Assembly: GCA_964016885.1 (NCBI GenBank)
Contig: OZ024755.1
Location: 15,748,001-15,812,000, forward strand
From: Eledone cirrhosa
Lineage: Eukaryota
Direction of reading: 5' to 3'
DNA length: 64,000 nucleotides
Positions within the stretch are counted from its first letter, which is position 1, and every line of letters starts with the position of its first letter. Below the pieces are notes generated by a model. The model made no database searches and had not been told where the DNA came from. It saw nothing but the letters and a program-made list of their open reading frames with translations. Positions 22,501-35,867 of this stretch are shown here, piece after piece. The translations under genes and the position numbers were made by a program.

Positions 22501-25500
22501 TTTATTTGGGTGCCCTGTTTTTTTATGGGGGGGGGGCCGTTTTTTATTTGGGTGCCCCGTTTTTTATTTGGGTGCCCCTTTTTTTTATGGAGGGTCCGTT
22601 TTTTATTTGGGTGCCCCGTTTATTATGGGTGGGTCCGTTTTTTATTTGGGTGCCCCGTTTTTTATTTGGGTGCCCCGTTTATTATGGGTGGGTCCGTTTT
22701 TTATTTGGGTGCCCCGTTTTTTATTTGGGTGCCCCGTTTTTTTATGGGGGGTCCGTTTTTTTATTTGGCTGCCCCGTTTTTTATTTCGGTGCCCCGTTTT
22801 TTTATGGGGGGTCCAATTTTTATTTGGGTGCCCCGTTTTTTATTTGGGTGCCCCGTTTTTTTATGGGGGGGGTCCGTTTTTTATTTGGGTGCCCCGTTTT
22901 TTTATGGGGGGGCCGTTTTTTATTTGGGTGCCCCGTTTTTTTATGGGGGGTCCGTTTTTTATTTGGGTGCCCCGTTTTTTATGGGGGGTCCGTTTTTTAA
23001 TTGGGTGCCCCGTTTTTTTATGGGAGGGTCCGTTTTTATTTGGGTGCCCCATTTTTTATTTGGGTGCCACTTTTTTTTATGGGGGCTCCGTTATTTATTT
23101 GTGTGCCCCTTTTTTTATGGGGGGTCCATTATTTATTTGGGTGCCCCGTTTTTTTATGGGGGTGGTCCGTTTTTTATTTGGGTGCCCCGTTTTTTATGGG
23201 GGGTCCGTTTTTTATTTTGCTGCCCCGTTTTTTATTTGGGTGCCCCGTTTTTTTATAGGGGGGTCCGTTTTTGATTTGGGTGCCCCGTTTTTTTATAGGA
23301 GGGTCAGTTTTTTATTTGGGTGCCCCGTTTTTTATTGGGGTGCCCCGTTTTTTATTTGGGTGCCCCGTTTTTTTATGGGGGGGTCCGTTTTTTATTTGGG
23401 TGCCCCGTTTTCTTATGGGGGGTCCATTTTTTATTTGGGTGCCCCGTTTTTATGGGGTGTCCGTTTTTTATTTGGGTGTCCCGTTTTTTATTTGGGTGCA
23501 CCGTTTTTTAAGGGGGGTCCGTTTTTTATTTGGGTGCTCCGTTTTTTTATGGGGGGGTCCGTTTTTATTTGGGTGACCCGTTTTTTATTTGGCTGCCCCG
23601 TTTTTTTATCGGGGGGTCCGTTTTTTATTTGGGTGCCCCGTTTTTTTATAGGGGGGTCTGTTTTTTATTTGGGTGCCCCGATTTTTTAAGGGGGGGTCCG
23701 TTTTTTATTTGGGTGCCCTGTTTTTTTATGGGGGGGCCGTTTTTTATTTGGGTGCCCCGTTTTTTATTTGGGTGCCCCTTTTTTTTATGGAGGGTCCGTT
23801 TTTTATTTGGGTGCCCCGTTTATTATGGGTGGGTCCGTTTTTTATTTGGGTGCCCCGTTTTTTATTTGGGTGCCCCGTTTTTTTATGGGGGATCCGTTTT
23901 TTATTTGGGTGACCCGTTTGTTATTTGGGTGTCCCGTTTTCTTATTGGGGGTCCATTTTTTATTTGGGTGCCCCGTTTTTATGGGGGGTCCGTTTTTTAT
24001 TTGGGTGTCCCGTTTTTTATTTGGGTGCCCCGTTTTTTAAGGGGGGTCCGTTTTTTATTTGGGTGCTCCGTTTTTTTTATGGGGGGGGGTCCGTTTTTAT
24101 TTGGGTGACCCGTTTTTTATTTGGCTGCCCCGTTTTTTTATCGGGGGGGTCCGTTTTTTATTTGGGTGCCCCGTTTTTTTATAGGGGGGTCTGTTTTTTA
24201 TTTGGGTGCCCCGTTTTTTTATGGGAGGGGTCCGTTTTTATTTGGGTGACCCGTTTTTTATTTGGCTGCCCCGTTTTTTTATCGGGGGGTCCGTTTTTTA
24301 TTTGGGTGCCCCGTTTTTTTATAGGGGGGTCTGTTTTTTATTTGGGTGCCCCGTTTTTTTATGGGAGGGTCCGTTTTTTATTAGGGTGCCCTGTTTTTTT
24401 ATGGGGGGGGCCGTTTTTTATTTGGGTGCCCCGTTTTTTATTTGGGTGCCCCGTTTTTTTATGGAGGGTCCGTTTTTTATTTGGGTGCCCCGTTTATTAT
24501 GGGTGGGTCCGTTTTTTTATTTGGGTGCCCCGTTTTTTATTTGGGTGCCCCGTTTTTTATTTGGGTGCCCCGTTTTTTATTTGGGTGCCCCGTTTTTTTA
24601 TGGGGGGGCCCATTTTTTATTGGGGTGCCCCGTTTTTTTATAGGGGGGGGTCCGTTTTTTATTTGGGTGTCCCGTTTTTTTATGGGGGTGGTCCGTTTTT
24701 TATTTGGGTGCCCCGTTTTTTATGGGGGGGTCCGTTTTGATTTGGGTGCCCCGTTTTTTATTTGGGTGCCACGTTTTTTTATGGGAGGTCCGTTTTTTAT
24801 TTGGGTGCGCCGTTTTTTTATGGGGGGTCCGTTTTGATTTGGGTGCCCCGTTTTTTATTTGGGTGCCACGTTTTTTATGGGGTGTCCGTTTTTTATTTGG
24901 GTGCCCCGTTTTTTATGGGGGGTCCATTTTTTATTTGGGTGCCCCGTTTTTTTATGGGGGGGTCCATTTTTTATTTGGGTGCCCCGTTTTTTATGGGGGG
25001 GTCCGTTTTTTATTTGGGTGCCCCGTTTTTTATTTGGGTGCCCCGTTTTTTATTTGGCTGCCCAGTTTTTTTATGGGGGGGCGTTTTTTATTTGGGTCTC
25101 CCGTTTTTTTATAGGGGGTCCGTTTTTTATTTGGGTGGCACGTTTTTTTAGGGGGGGCGTTTTTTGTTTGGGTTAGGGTTAGGGTTAGGGTTAAGGTTAG
25201 GGTTAGCGTTAGGGTTAGGGTTAGGGTTAGGGTTAGGGTTAAGGATAGGGTTAGGGTTAGGGTTGGCGTTAGGGTTGGGGTTAGGGTTAGGGTTAGGGTT
25301 AGGGTTAGCGTTAGGGTTAGGGTTAGGTTTAGGGTTAGGGTTAGGGTTAGCGTTAGGGTTAGGGTTAGTGTTAGGGTTAGGGTTAGGGTTAGCGTTAGGG
25401 TTAGCGTTAGGGTTAGGGTTAGGGTTAGGGTTAGGGTTAGGGTTAAGGTTAGGGTTAGGGTTAGGGTTAGGGTTAGGGTTAGGGTTAGCCTTAGGGTTAG

Positions 25501-26388
25501 AGTTAGGGTTAGGGTTAGGGTTAGGGTTAGGATTAGGGTTAGCGTTAGGGTTAGGGTTAGGGTTAGGGTTAGGGTTAGGGTTAGGGTTAGCGTTAGGGTT
25601 AGCGTTTTTTATTTGGGTGCCCCGTTTTTTTATGGGGGGGTCCGTTTTTTATTTGGGTGCCCCGTTTTTTTATGGGGGGGTCCGTTTTTTATTTAGGTAC
25701 CCCGTTTTTATTTGGGTGCCCCGGTTATTATGGGGGGGTCCGTTTTTTATTTGGGTACCCAGTTTTTTATTTGGGTGCCCCGTTTTTTTATGGGGGCGAT
25801 CCGTTTTTTATTTGGGTGCCCCGTTTTTTTATGGGGGGGTCCATTTTTTATTTGGGTGCCCCGTTTTTTAATGGGGCGGGTCCGTTTTTTATTTGGGTGC
25901 CCCGTTTTTTATTTGGGTGCACCGTTTTTTACTTGGGTGCCCCGTTTTTTTATGGGGGTGTCCGTTTTTTATTTGGGTGCCCCGTTTTTTATTTGGGTGC
26001 CCCGTTTTTTATTTGGGTACCCCGTTTTTTATTTGGGTGCCCCGTTTTTTTATGGGGGGGGTCCGTTTTTTATTTGGGTGCCCCGTTTTTTTATGCGGGT
26101 GGTCCGTTTTTTATTTGGGTACCCCGTTTTTTATTTGGGTGCCCCGTTTTTTTATGGGCGGGTCCGTTTTTTATTTGGGTACCCCGTTTTTTATTTGGGT
26201 GCCCCGTTTTTTTATGGGGAGGTCCGTTTTTTATTTGGGTGCCACGTTTTTTATTTGTGTGACCCGTTTTTTTATGGGGGGTCCATTTTTTATTTGGGTG
26301 CCCCGTTTTTTTATGGGGGGGTCCGTTTTTTATTTGGGTGCCCCGTTTTTTTATGGGGGAGGCCGTTTTTTATTTGGGTGCCCCGTTT
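16521..26388. repeat. ~9.9-kb satellite of ~20-bp monomers A (CCGTTTTTTATTTGGGTGCC) and B (CCGTTTTTTTATGGGGGGGT)
   Basis: Continuous tandem array of interspersed A and B monomers, strongly G/T-rich on the + strand, with kb-scale internal duplications. Confidence 0.97.
25170..25604 (+). repeat. Interstitial telomeric array (TTAGGG)n, ~72 units, with variants (mainly TTAGCG)
   Basis: Read directly. All units lie in one orientation and satellite continues on both sides. Confidence 0.97.
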
Positions 26389-26439
26389 GCGTAGGTGTGT
26401 ACGTATATATATATATATGTCTGTGTGTGTGTGTGTGTG

Positions 26440-26580
26440 TGTGGAGTTGCCGGCTGAGTGAAAAGAGTATTCAATACCGAAGTAGAGTTTTAATGTTACT
26501 TTTATTAATATCACAGACCCTGTAATACACAGGCGAAACTCCAAAGTAACAAGATTCACTATTTAGCCTTAATAAAATAA
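26440..26580. repeat. Partial hammerhead family B copy with an inverted 5' segment
   Basis: 26515-26553 agaccctgtaatacacaggcGAAActccaaagTAacaaga. 26440-26508 is the reverse complement of ~7540-7606. Confidence 0.65.
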
Positions 26581-26612
26581 ACCTATAATAATATACAAAT
26601 ATATATATATGT

Positions 26613-26664
<52 letters not shown>

Positions 26665-26812
26665 CGAAGGAATTGTGGTAAGGAACCAGATGGACCATAA
26701 CGCACCAAAGTACTCAATACTTAGTGTAGTATGACCCCGACGGCAGAGCTCAAACCGTTTCGACGGCTATATATATATATATATATATACATACACGTAT
26801 ACATATGCTCAC

Positions 26813-26882
<70 letters not shown>

Positions 26883-27100
26883 GAATATAAAAGAAAGATA
26901 AACACAGATATATACATATATGTGTTCAAATCGTAAGGGACCAGATTCGCTAAGAGGAAAAGAATACTAACTCTGGACACTTTCTTTTATATTCAATTAT
27001 AATATACGACTCGGAAAAACCTCTTTCCTGGAGCTATTTTATTGTAAGAGACTAGTTTGAGTTTCTAACTCAATATATACCTTTTGATATATACCTTTTG

Positions 27101-27132
<32 letters not shown>

Positions 27133-27433
27133 ATATATAAACTTTGCGGTAGCCCAAATGTCTGAGTGTGTTTTATAATGGCCACGACTGAAACCAGTAA
27201 ACAAAAAATAATAAAATAAAAGAACTATTATCATTTCGGATGATTCTATTGCCTGTTACTTCTAAATTGTGATCTTGCACCTCACTTCCACACGTGTTCC
27301 ATCCCTTCCTCGTCCTTAACCGGAGTCCGCCCTTTGAACTCGACTATTCAAGCAGTATTCTAACGCTCTGCTATAAGAGACGAATAGATTTATTGTGGCT
27401 AACTTTATTGTAAACGACCGAAATTTCGACATT

Positions 27434-27491
<58 letters not shown>

Positions 27492-29372
27492 CGTATGTCT
27501 GTGTGTATAAATATTTCCCCTGTGTTTATAGAATGTGTTTGTATATATATTTTCTGTGTGGGTGTGTGGGCTTCATTTATAGCTTACAAATATATACATA
27601 CATGCATAGATACATACATACACACATACATACACACGCATACACACATACATACATACATACATACATACATACATACATACATACATACATACATACA
27701 TACATACATACATACATACATACATAAACAGAGACAAATAAACCAATACATATTTCATTTTTCAATATTATTTAAAAAGAAATCACTTTAGCAATCAGTA
27801 TTTCTTGTCATAATTTAATTACCATTATCAGTCAATTTTTAGGTTTTTAATTCCAAAAAAATATTTATTTCTATTTTGATTCCTTTATTTCTATTTTTGT
27901 TATTTTACTTCAATTTTTTCCAACGATTTGTTTACAAATTTATTAAACATCATCTTTGTGTTTTGTTGTTTTGTTTTGTGGTTATTTAATCGTTTCACCA
28001 AATTAGTTCTTGCCTCTACGTTCTGGTTATTTTAAAGACATTGCTTGCTTTCTTATTGATTTCAGATATTGATACGTCAACACCATGAAATGTATAAGAG
28101 TTGAGTATTTTCGATCCAATCGATTCCTTGTAAATTGACTAGTATTTATTTTATCGGCGTATTTAACTTAGCAGTAACAACAGCTAACATCTTAAGGTTA
28201 TGTTTTCTTTGTTAAAGCAGGGGTTTAGCCTTCTAGCATCTATGAAAGGTTTTATATTCACCATGGAGTCTTTTTTTTTAACAATTTATTACGGCCGGAT
28301 GTGTCTATTTGCACCAATCCTGTTAGTCGCCTTTTATGTCACGCAATGTAAATAGATATAACAAAACAAGTAATTTTTAGCGAATAAACAAGCCGGAAAT
28401 CTGGAGAGCAACGCACTTTATCGGTCCTTGAAAAATTTAAGGAAAAGTTGATTTTTGCGTGATTTGGGCTCAGAACGTGTAAAGCCGAAACATAGCACAG
28501 CGTATTTTATTCGACGCTCTCATGATTCTGTTAATCTACCACAGTTGACTTAAATAAACGATGGTTTCAATGTAAGCACAAAGCCAAACATCTAAAGGCA
28601 AGTGAGTCGACTCCAGAACTTGACTAGTTCTTTATGTTGTAGAACACCTCCTCCTCCCCCAGAAGGAGACATGGTGAAGTTTTCCTAAGCGGCATTCGAA
28701 CTTCAGCCATAAAAAGCCGAAATAGATACCGCAAATCATTTTGTCCGACGCTCAACCGATTCTGCCAAACCACTTTTCACCAGACTCTCGTATGTCTGTG
28801 TGTGCGTTTTTGTCGTGTAGAGAATAAATCTTGTAGAATTGAATTAAATAAACCGCTAAGGCAAATATGTCTGAGAGAGTTCGTATTATTCGCACATAAA
28901 TAAGGTTGTTTTTTTATTTCTTTTCATAAATTTGTGTACATAAACTACCCGAAACACCAACGGAGGTGATTATGTTCCACTTGTTTCATTATACTCTATT
29001 CGAATCCCAAGAAAGATTTTTTTCGAGAACGTAAAACTTTATACAACTTTGTATATCATTATACATTTATCTTCTCCCAAGCTTATCACAACAATAAACT
29101 ATTTACTTGTTATTATCAGTCCCTTGCTTCTGATAAAGAATTCGATTTTCTTCATTAATACTTATATTCAACTTAATTTATTCATTAATCTGCTTGTTTA
29201 TTCATTCCTATCTCTCATTAACAACAATTTATTATAACCACGTATAGAAAAGCTGAAAAGAACTATGCAAAACGTCAGTCTTTGTAATGTATGTAGGTAT
29301 GTTTATTTTCCTGTTGTTTCGTATGAATACATATCAATCTATTTCCATTTTCTCACACACGCACACACTCTC

Positions 29373-29411
<39 letters not shown>

Positions 29412-29412
29412 C

Positions 29413-29448
<36 letters not shown>

Positions 29449-29499
29449 ATGTACTGTATCTATCTCTAGCTTTCTTTACATACATATCTTTCAAGCTTC

Positions 29500-29554
<55 letters not shown>

Positions 29555-30185
29555 TCTCTCTTTCTCACCCCCACCCCACCCCCCACCCCCCACCCCCATC
29601 TCTCTCTCTCACACACACACACTCTCTCTTTCTCACCCCACCCCCACCCCCACCCCCATCTCTCTCTCTCTCTCTTTTGTATGATTTCAACCTCCTTCGC
29701 TCCCCCGCTATCTATCTATCTATCCAGCTATCTATATATCTATGACGTAGCTGGCAGCAAATTTTTAAATGCAACAAAGCAAGCCGTTTTTCTAATTATC
29801 TTGCAGTCGTACCTAGTATTTCTTTCCATTGAATTACACATTATTACATTACTTCATATTACATTCTATCCTATTATTTCATATTAATACTCTACACGGC
29901 ATTATAGCGATCTCATCAAATCATTCGCTTAATATTTATTGTTTCCCAACCTTAATCGGCTCATTTAGACTTACATCAGATTCAACCGAATGAAACAGCA
30001 ATAATTATTTCCGATTTATTCACAAAACGTCTGCTTTTCCTTCTTTTACTATCAGGTACTTCTTTTCTTAAAGATTCTCAATTTCTCTATTTCTATCTAT
30101 CATCCTATCTATCCTTCAATCTATCTTTCTATTTGTCTATCTATCTCTATAGTTCTATCTATTTAACTATCTATATGTTTGTCCC

Positions 30186-30222
<37 letters not shown>

Positions 30223-30492
30223 TTGTATATTTATCTATCTATCCGTCTATCTGTATATTTATCTATCTTTCTTTCTATCTATGGAGTTACTCCCCTTTTT
30301 TCTGTGCCTTTCATTTCTATTTACTTTTCACCTAAACCGCCGATCTCATATACATATATATATCTAAACATACATACAAACATGCATACATACACACATA
30401 AACACATACATACATAGATACATATATAATACAAACATACTTACGTACATATGTATGTGTATATATGTATATATATATATATATCTATGTAT

Positions 30493-30605
30493 GTGTGGCT
30501 GAGTGGTTAGAGAATTGGATTCACAATCTTGAGGTTGTGAGTTCGATTCCTGGACCGGGCGGTGCGTTATGTCCTTGAGCAAGGCACTTTATTTCACGTT
30601 GCTCC
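30493..30605 (+). mobile_element. CORE-type SINE 5' part with clear Pol III boxes
   Basis: A box tggctgagtgg, B box gttcgattcc, then gtccttgagcaaggcactttatttcacgttgctcc. Confidence 0.8.
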
Positions 30606-30713
30606 TTCTACCTGGAGTTGCGACCGATAGATAGTATTAGCAACTGGAAAGACCAACGGAAACATTGTTTCCTCGGTCCGATTTGACGAAAATCGATCGC
30701 TAAAAAAAAAAAA

Positions 30714-30749
<36 letters not shown>

Positions 30750-30778
30750 ATATATATATATGTGTGTGTATATCTATA

Positions 30779-30844
<66 letters not shown>

Positions 30845-31018
30845 TTATACCTCAATACAATAAACTATCACTCACATTTTCAGCAATTCCAACTCTGTAT
30901 CTCTCTTTTCTCTCTTAACATTGTCCAATTCCCACTAGGTATGTATATCCTGTTCTTTCTTTTCCTCATTCAGCTAGAATTCTCAATAACTCTCTGTATG
31001 CATGTGTGCGTATAGATC

Positions 31019-31066
<48 letters not shown>

Positions 31067-31067
<1 letters not shown>

Positions 31068-31251
31068 GTGTGTGTGTGTGTGTGTATGTGTGTGTCAGTT
31101 TATAAAAATATATATATGTATATGTATGTGTATATATATGCTTATATATTTGTATATATGTGCATATATACATGCACATATATACAAATATATAAGCATA
31201 TATATACACATACATATACATATATATATTTTTATAAACTGACACACACAT

Positions 31252-31275
<24 letters not shown>
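31067..31275. repeat. ~205-bp near-perfect palindrome centred at ~31168
   Basis: gtcagtttataaaaat...gtgcat/atatac/atgcac...atttttataaactgac. Confidence 0.9.
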
Positions 31276-31312
<37 letters not shown>

Positions 31313-31314
<2 letters not shown>

Positions 31315-31419
31315 AGACGAATGGGAAAGATGGTTATGTGTATATACCTATGTATATATAGATACACATCGATGTACATATAATGCATAAATGGTTATCT
31401 ATCTACCAATACATATATA

Positions 31420-31508
<89 letters not shown>

Positions 31509-31531
31509 ATGTATATTATACATATATATGA

Positions 31532-31592
<61 letters not shown>

Positions 31593-31691
31593 TATATATG
31601 TATTGATAGATAGATAAGCATTTATGCATTATATGTACATCGATGTATATCTATATATATCTATGTACAACCATCTTCCCCATTCGTCTCT
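31313..31691. repeat. Inverted repeat (~110-bp arms) around a (TA)n spacer
   Basis: agagacgaatggg..catcgatgtacatataatgcataaatg versus catttatgcattatatgtacatcgatg..cccattcgtctct. Confidence 0.85.
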
Positions 31692-32045
31692 CTTTCATTT
31701 CATTCACTTCTCCTAAACACTGATTCTCTTTCTTTCATCATCTGATCCTCGGTCGAGTGAGCTTCACTATTATTTTCGTTGTTTTCACCCCCGTAGACCA
31801 TCATTCGATTCGCCAGCACATTTATTATCAGTCTATGCTCAAAATGGACGCAATTGCATTTATTATCAATTTCTTGGTTCGTGTGCAGCGTTAGTCTCTG
31901 GGCAATGGTTCGTTAAGTCACCAGTATTCAATATTACTATATACCACGGCATCCGTTCTTGTTTCTCTTTCTTTCTATCTTTCTTTCTTTCCACTATTTA
32001 TATCGTTCTCTATGTATCGGTATGTTTATATGCATGTACATATAT

Positions 32046-32132
<87 letters not shown>

Positions 32133-32613
32133 TATATATAAGCAATAGATTCGCCTACTTGATTGGCTTCCTCCTTGTACTTCTACGGCTCATTTTTTTA
32201 TCGCCGCCATCCCAACTGAATCCCATAGTTCCGTTTCGTTTCCTGCAAATATTATTCACTGTTCTCCACTCGCCATAAACCCTTTAGTCCTATCACTCTT
32301 GTTATTTCCAATCTCTTTCAAACAATTTCCAGCTTCAAATTAGGCATTGTCCTTCTTTCCTGAACTTCTTCCTTCCTCAATATTCACTAATCAAGCTCAT
32401 TTATCCATTCCCCACATCCGTATTATCTTTTTCCAATATTTTCATAATCTTCGCTCCTCTTCCATCTCTATGTCTCCCTCATCGCCTTAATTTTGGCAGC
32501 CATCTTTATGCTATTCATCGTTATTTATTTTCCATATGGTTAGTCTAACCACGATTAATATATCAATTGACTTTGTTACATTTACGTACAATATATATAT
32601 ATATATATATACA

Positions 32614-32732
<119 letters not shown>

Positions 32733-32797
32733 TTATAGATAGATATTTATACATATATATATATAAATTTATATTTACATATATATATATAAATGTA

Positions 32798-32870
<73 letters not shown>

Positions 32871-33611
32871 AACGTTATGAGGCACTTGTTCACCTCCTCT
32901 TTCCCTCTCTATCGATCTATCGATCTATCAATCTATCTATCTCTTTCTTTTCTTTTTTCTTCCTCTCACTCGAATCGTATTTGTTCAGACTTGAAGAAGG
33001 GTGATCTTAATCAGATTTAAATGCCCAAGCGACCCCGCATATCCTTATTTTGCATTTAGGTGTTTGCTGGTCCTGTTTGCCATTTACATATTGTGTATGT
33101 ACATTAGCTTTATACATTCCTCAGCGTATAGGAAACTTGGAAAACCCTTTCATTGGACTGTACCTGTATGTTATCACCTATTTTTAGACGTAGAGGGTCG
33201 AGTACCACCAAATTTAATTGCCCAAGACTGCTCTTCTACGGCCTTCTTTAGAATGTCTAGGCCCATGGGTGGATGGATATGTAGTCGTTTCAGTTGACCA
33301 GTATACATGCTTCGCATTTACTTAAATTTACTCAAACTATCAGATAGACCGGGAAGACAAATTCGACTCTGATGATTATTAGAATATAAAACGAGAAGAA
33401 ACATTAAAGAATACCATAAGATAGTTTGTCTATTGTTGTTACTACCGAACCATCGAAATTCGAATCATTCAAACTTCTAATTATAATAATTATAATAAAA
33501 TAATTTCCTTCCTTTTTTACATCCAAATTATCCAAAGAACTACCAGATGGAACCAAGCCTTCTGAAAATCGGTCAGAATTAATAATATAATTTCTAAGAA
33601 CAGAAACAATT

Positions 33612-33696
<85 letters not shown>

Positions 33697-33877
33697 TCTC
33701 TCTCTATCTATCTATCTTTATATAAACTCCCCCCCCTTGTATTTGTCCCCTTCTTTTGTGCCCTCGTGGCAAATAAATAGAAACTTATCTGTCTATCTCT
33801 CTCTCTCCCTCCCTCTCTCTCTCTCTTCCCTCTCTCTGTCTCTTTCTCTCTCTGTCTTTTCTCTCTCTCTCAATCTT

Positions 33878-33912
<35 letters not shown>

Positions 33913-34800
33913 TTCTTTCACTTTCTTTTTATCGATCTCTCTCTCCTTTTCTCCCTCTCTCCCTCTCTCCCTCTCTCCCTCTCTCTCAATATCTCGATTG
34001 TTCTCTCTCTCTCTCTCTCTCTCTCTCTGCCAAAGATAATACAAATTTGCTATCATTCGTCACTTTAATGTATCAATGATTGTCACTAATTCCCAATCCG
34101 ACCATTTTCTGCTGCTATTTAGCAACCTATAAAATTAACACTAAATGAAATAGATACATACACGTGGGTGAAAATATTTTAATAATAATATCAAGTTAAA
34201 ATAAAAGAGAGTATATAGGTTTTATTAAATCCATTGATGAGGGCGAATCATTTTAATTGGTCAAATATAATGGTTAAATATGCTTCTGCAAAATATATGT
34301 TACACCTTATGATTATTTTTATATGAAGAAACAAATTTTAAACTTGTCCCAGCACTGAAGTCTCACCAGACTGGTGTTTATCCCGGTTTAAATTGGTGAC
34401 TGATAGGACAAGACTCGTCGCAGTCCGTCACAGGGTTAAATTCCAGCTACTGCTGGTACTAATGTTTTTCAGTTGAGTGAACAGATGCAATGTTGAAATA
34501 AATATTGTCTTGTGTTTTTCAAGGACACGTCATGCCACCGGGAATCTAACCAACTACTTTACAATTGTGAGTTCAACACTCAAACCACTAGGTTACATAA
34601 AAAGGCAGGGTTAACCGCTAGCTACTCATTTGGTCATTCCATAAGAGTTTCTTGGTCAAGTCATCCTAGGAACTTTTCTCTCGATCCTCGTGCACTCCGC
34701 AAATAAACACATAAACAGCACGCATTTATACAAACGTTTGCAAGTACAAATGTGCATACTCATACCCACATATAGATTGATGGGAATATAGATAGATAGG

Positions 34801-34861
<61 letters not shown>

Positions 34862-34999
34862 TTATTTGCCACAAGGGCGCACAAGAAAAGGGGACAATAC
34901 AATGATATTGCCGGGGATTTTGCATACAACGTGTAAAAAAAAATTTTAAACAAACAAATTCAACAATCGAAATCCTCAGTAGTGGGGACGCGTTACAAC

Positions 35000-35867
35000 T
35001 TTTAGAGTCAATTTAGCCATTTATGATGCCGTTGTAGCCATTTTAGTCATTTATGATGCGGTTTTAGACATTTTAGTCATTTATTATGACGTTTTAGCCA
35101 CTGTAGTCATTTATCATGACGTTTTAGTCATTTATTATGACGTTTTAGCCATTTTAGTAATTGATGATGCTGTTTTAGTCATTTTAGTGTCATTTTAGTC
35201 ATTTGTGATGCCATTTTAGCCCTTTTAGTGTCATTTTAGTCATTTATGATGCCGATTTAGCCATTTTAGAGTCAATTTAACCATTTATGATGCCGTTTTA
35301 GACATATTAGTCATTTATGATGACGTTTTAGCCATTTTAGTAATTTACGATGCCGCTTTAGCCATTCTAGTGTCATTTTAGTCATTCATGGTGCCGTTTT
35401 AGCCATTTTAGTCATTTATGATGACGTTTTAGCCATTTTAGTAATTTACGATGCCGCTTTAGCCATTTTAGTGTCATTTTAGTCATTCATGATGCCGTTT
35501 TTAGCCATTTTAGTCATTTATAATGACATTTTAGTCATTTATGATGACGTTTTAGCCATTTTAGTCATTTGTGATGACGTTTTAGCCATTTTAGTCATTT
35601 ATCATTTTAGTCATTTATCATGTCATTTTAGACATTTTAGTCATTTATGATTACGTCTTAGCAATTTTAGTCATTTATGATGCCGTTTTAGCCATTTTAG
35701 TATCATTTTAGTCATTTATGATACCATTTTAGCCATTTTAGTCATTTACATTGACGTTTTAGCCATTTATTATGACGTTTTAGCCATTTTAGTCATTTAT
35801 GATGCCGTTTCAGCCATTTTAGAGGCAATTTAGCAATTTATGATGCCATTTTAACCATTTTAGTCAT
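35000..35867. repeat. Satellite with ~30-bp unit (TTTTAGCCA TTTTAGTCA TTTATGATGCCG)
   Basis: Tandem array built from 9-12 bp subunits in variable order. Confidence 0.92.

Noticed and set aside
25170-25604. Telomere-telomere fusion site
   Set aside because: No inverted (CCCTAA)n arm. All units share one orientation.
16521-26388. CRISPR-like repeat array
   Set aside because: No unique spacers, no cas genes, and a eukaryotic context.
16520-26525. Dozens of long G/F/P-rich ORFs (up to 452 aa) and a (GL)n ORF
   Set aside because: Open in all three + frames because the A-poor satellite and TTAGGG rarely form stops. No coding signal.
30493-30570. Functional tRNA gene
   Set aside because: A and B boxes are present but run directly into a SINE CORE-like body, with no proper acceptor stem or T-run terminator.
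33001-33297. 98-aa ORF in non-repetitive sequence (also ORFs at 187-625 and 56502-56783)
   Set aside because: No recognisable motif or splice structure. Possibly old TE debris, but unsupported.
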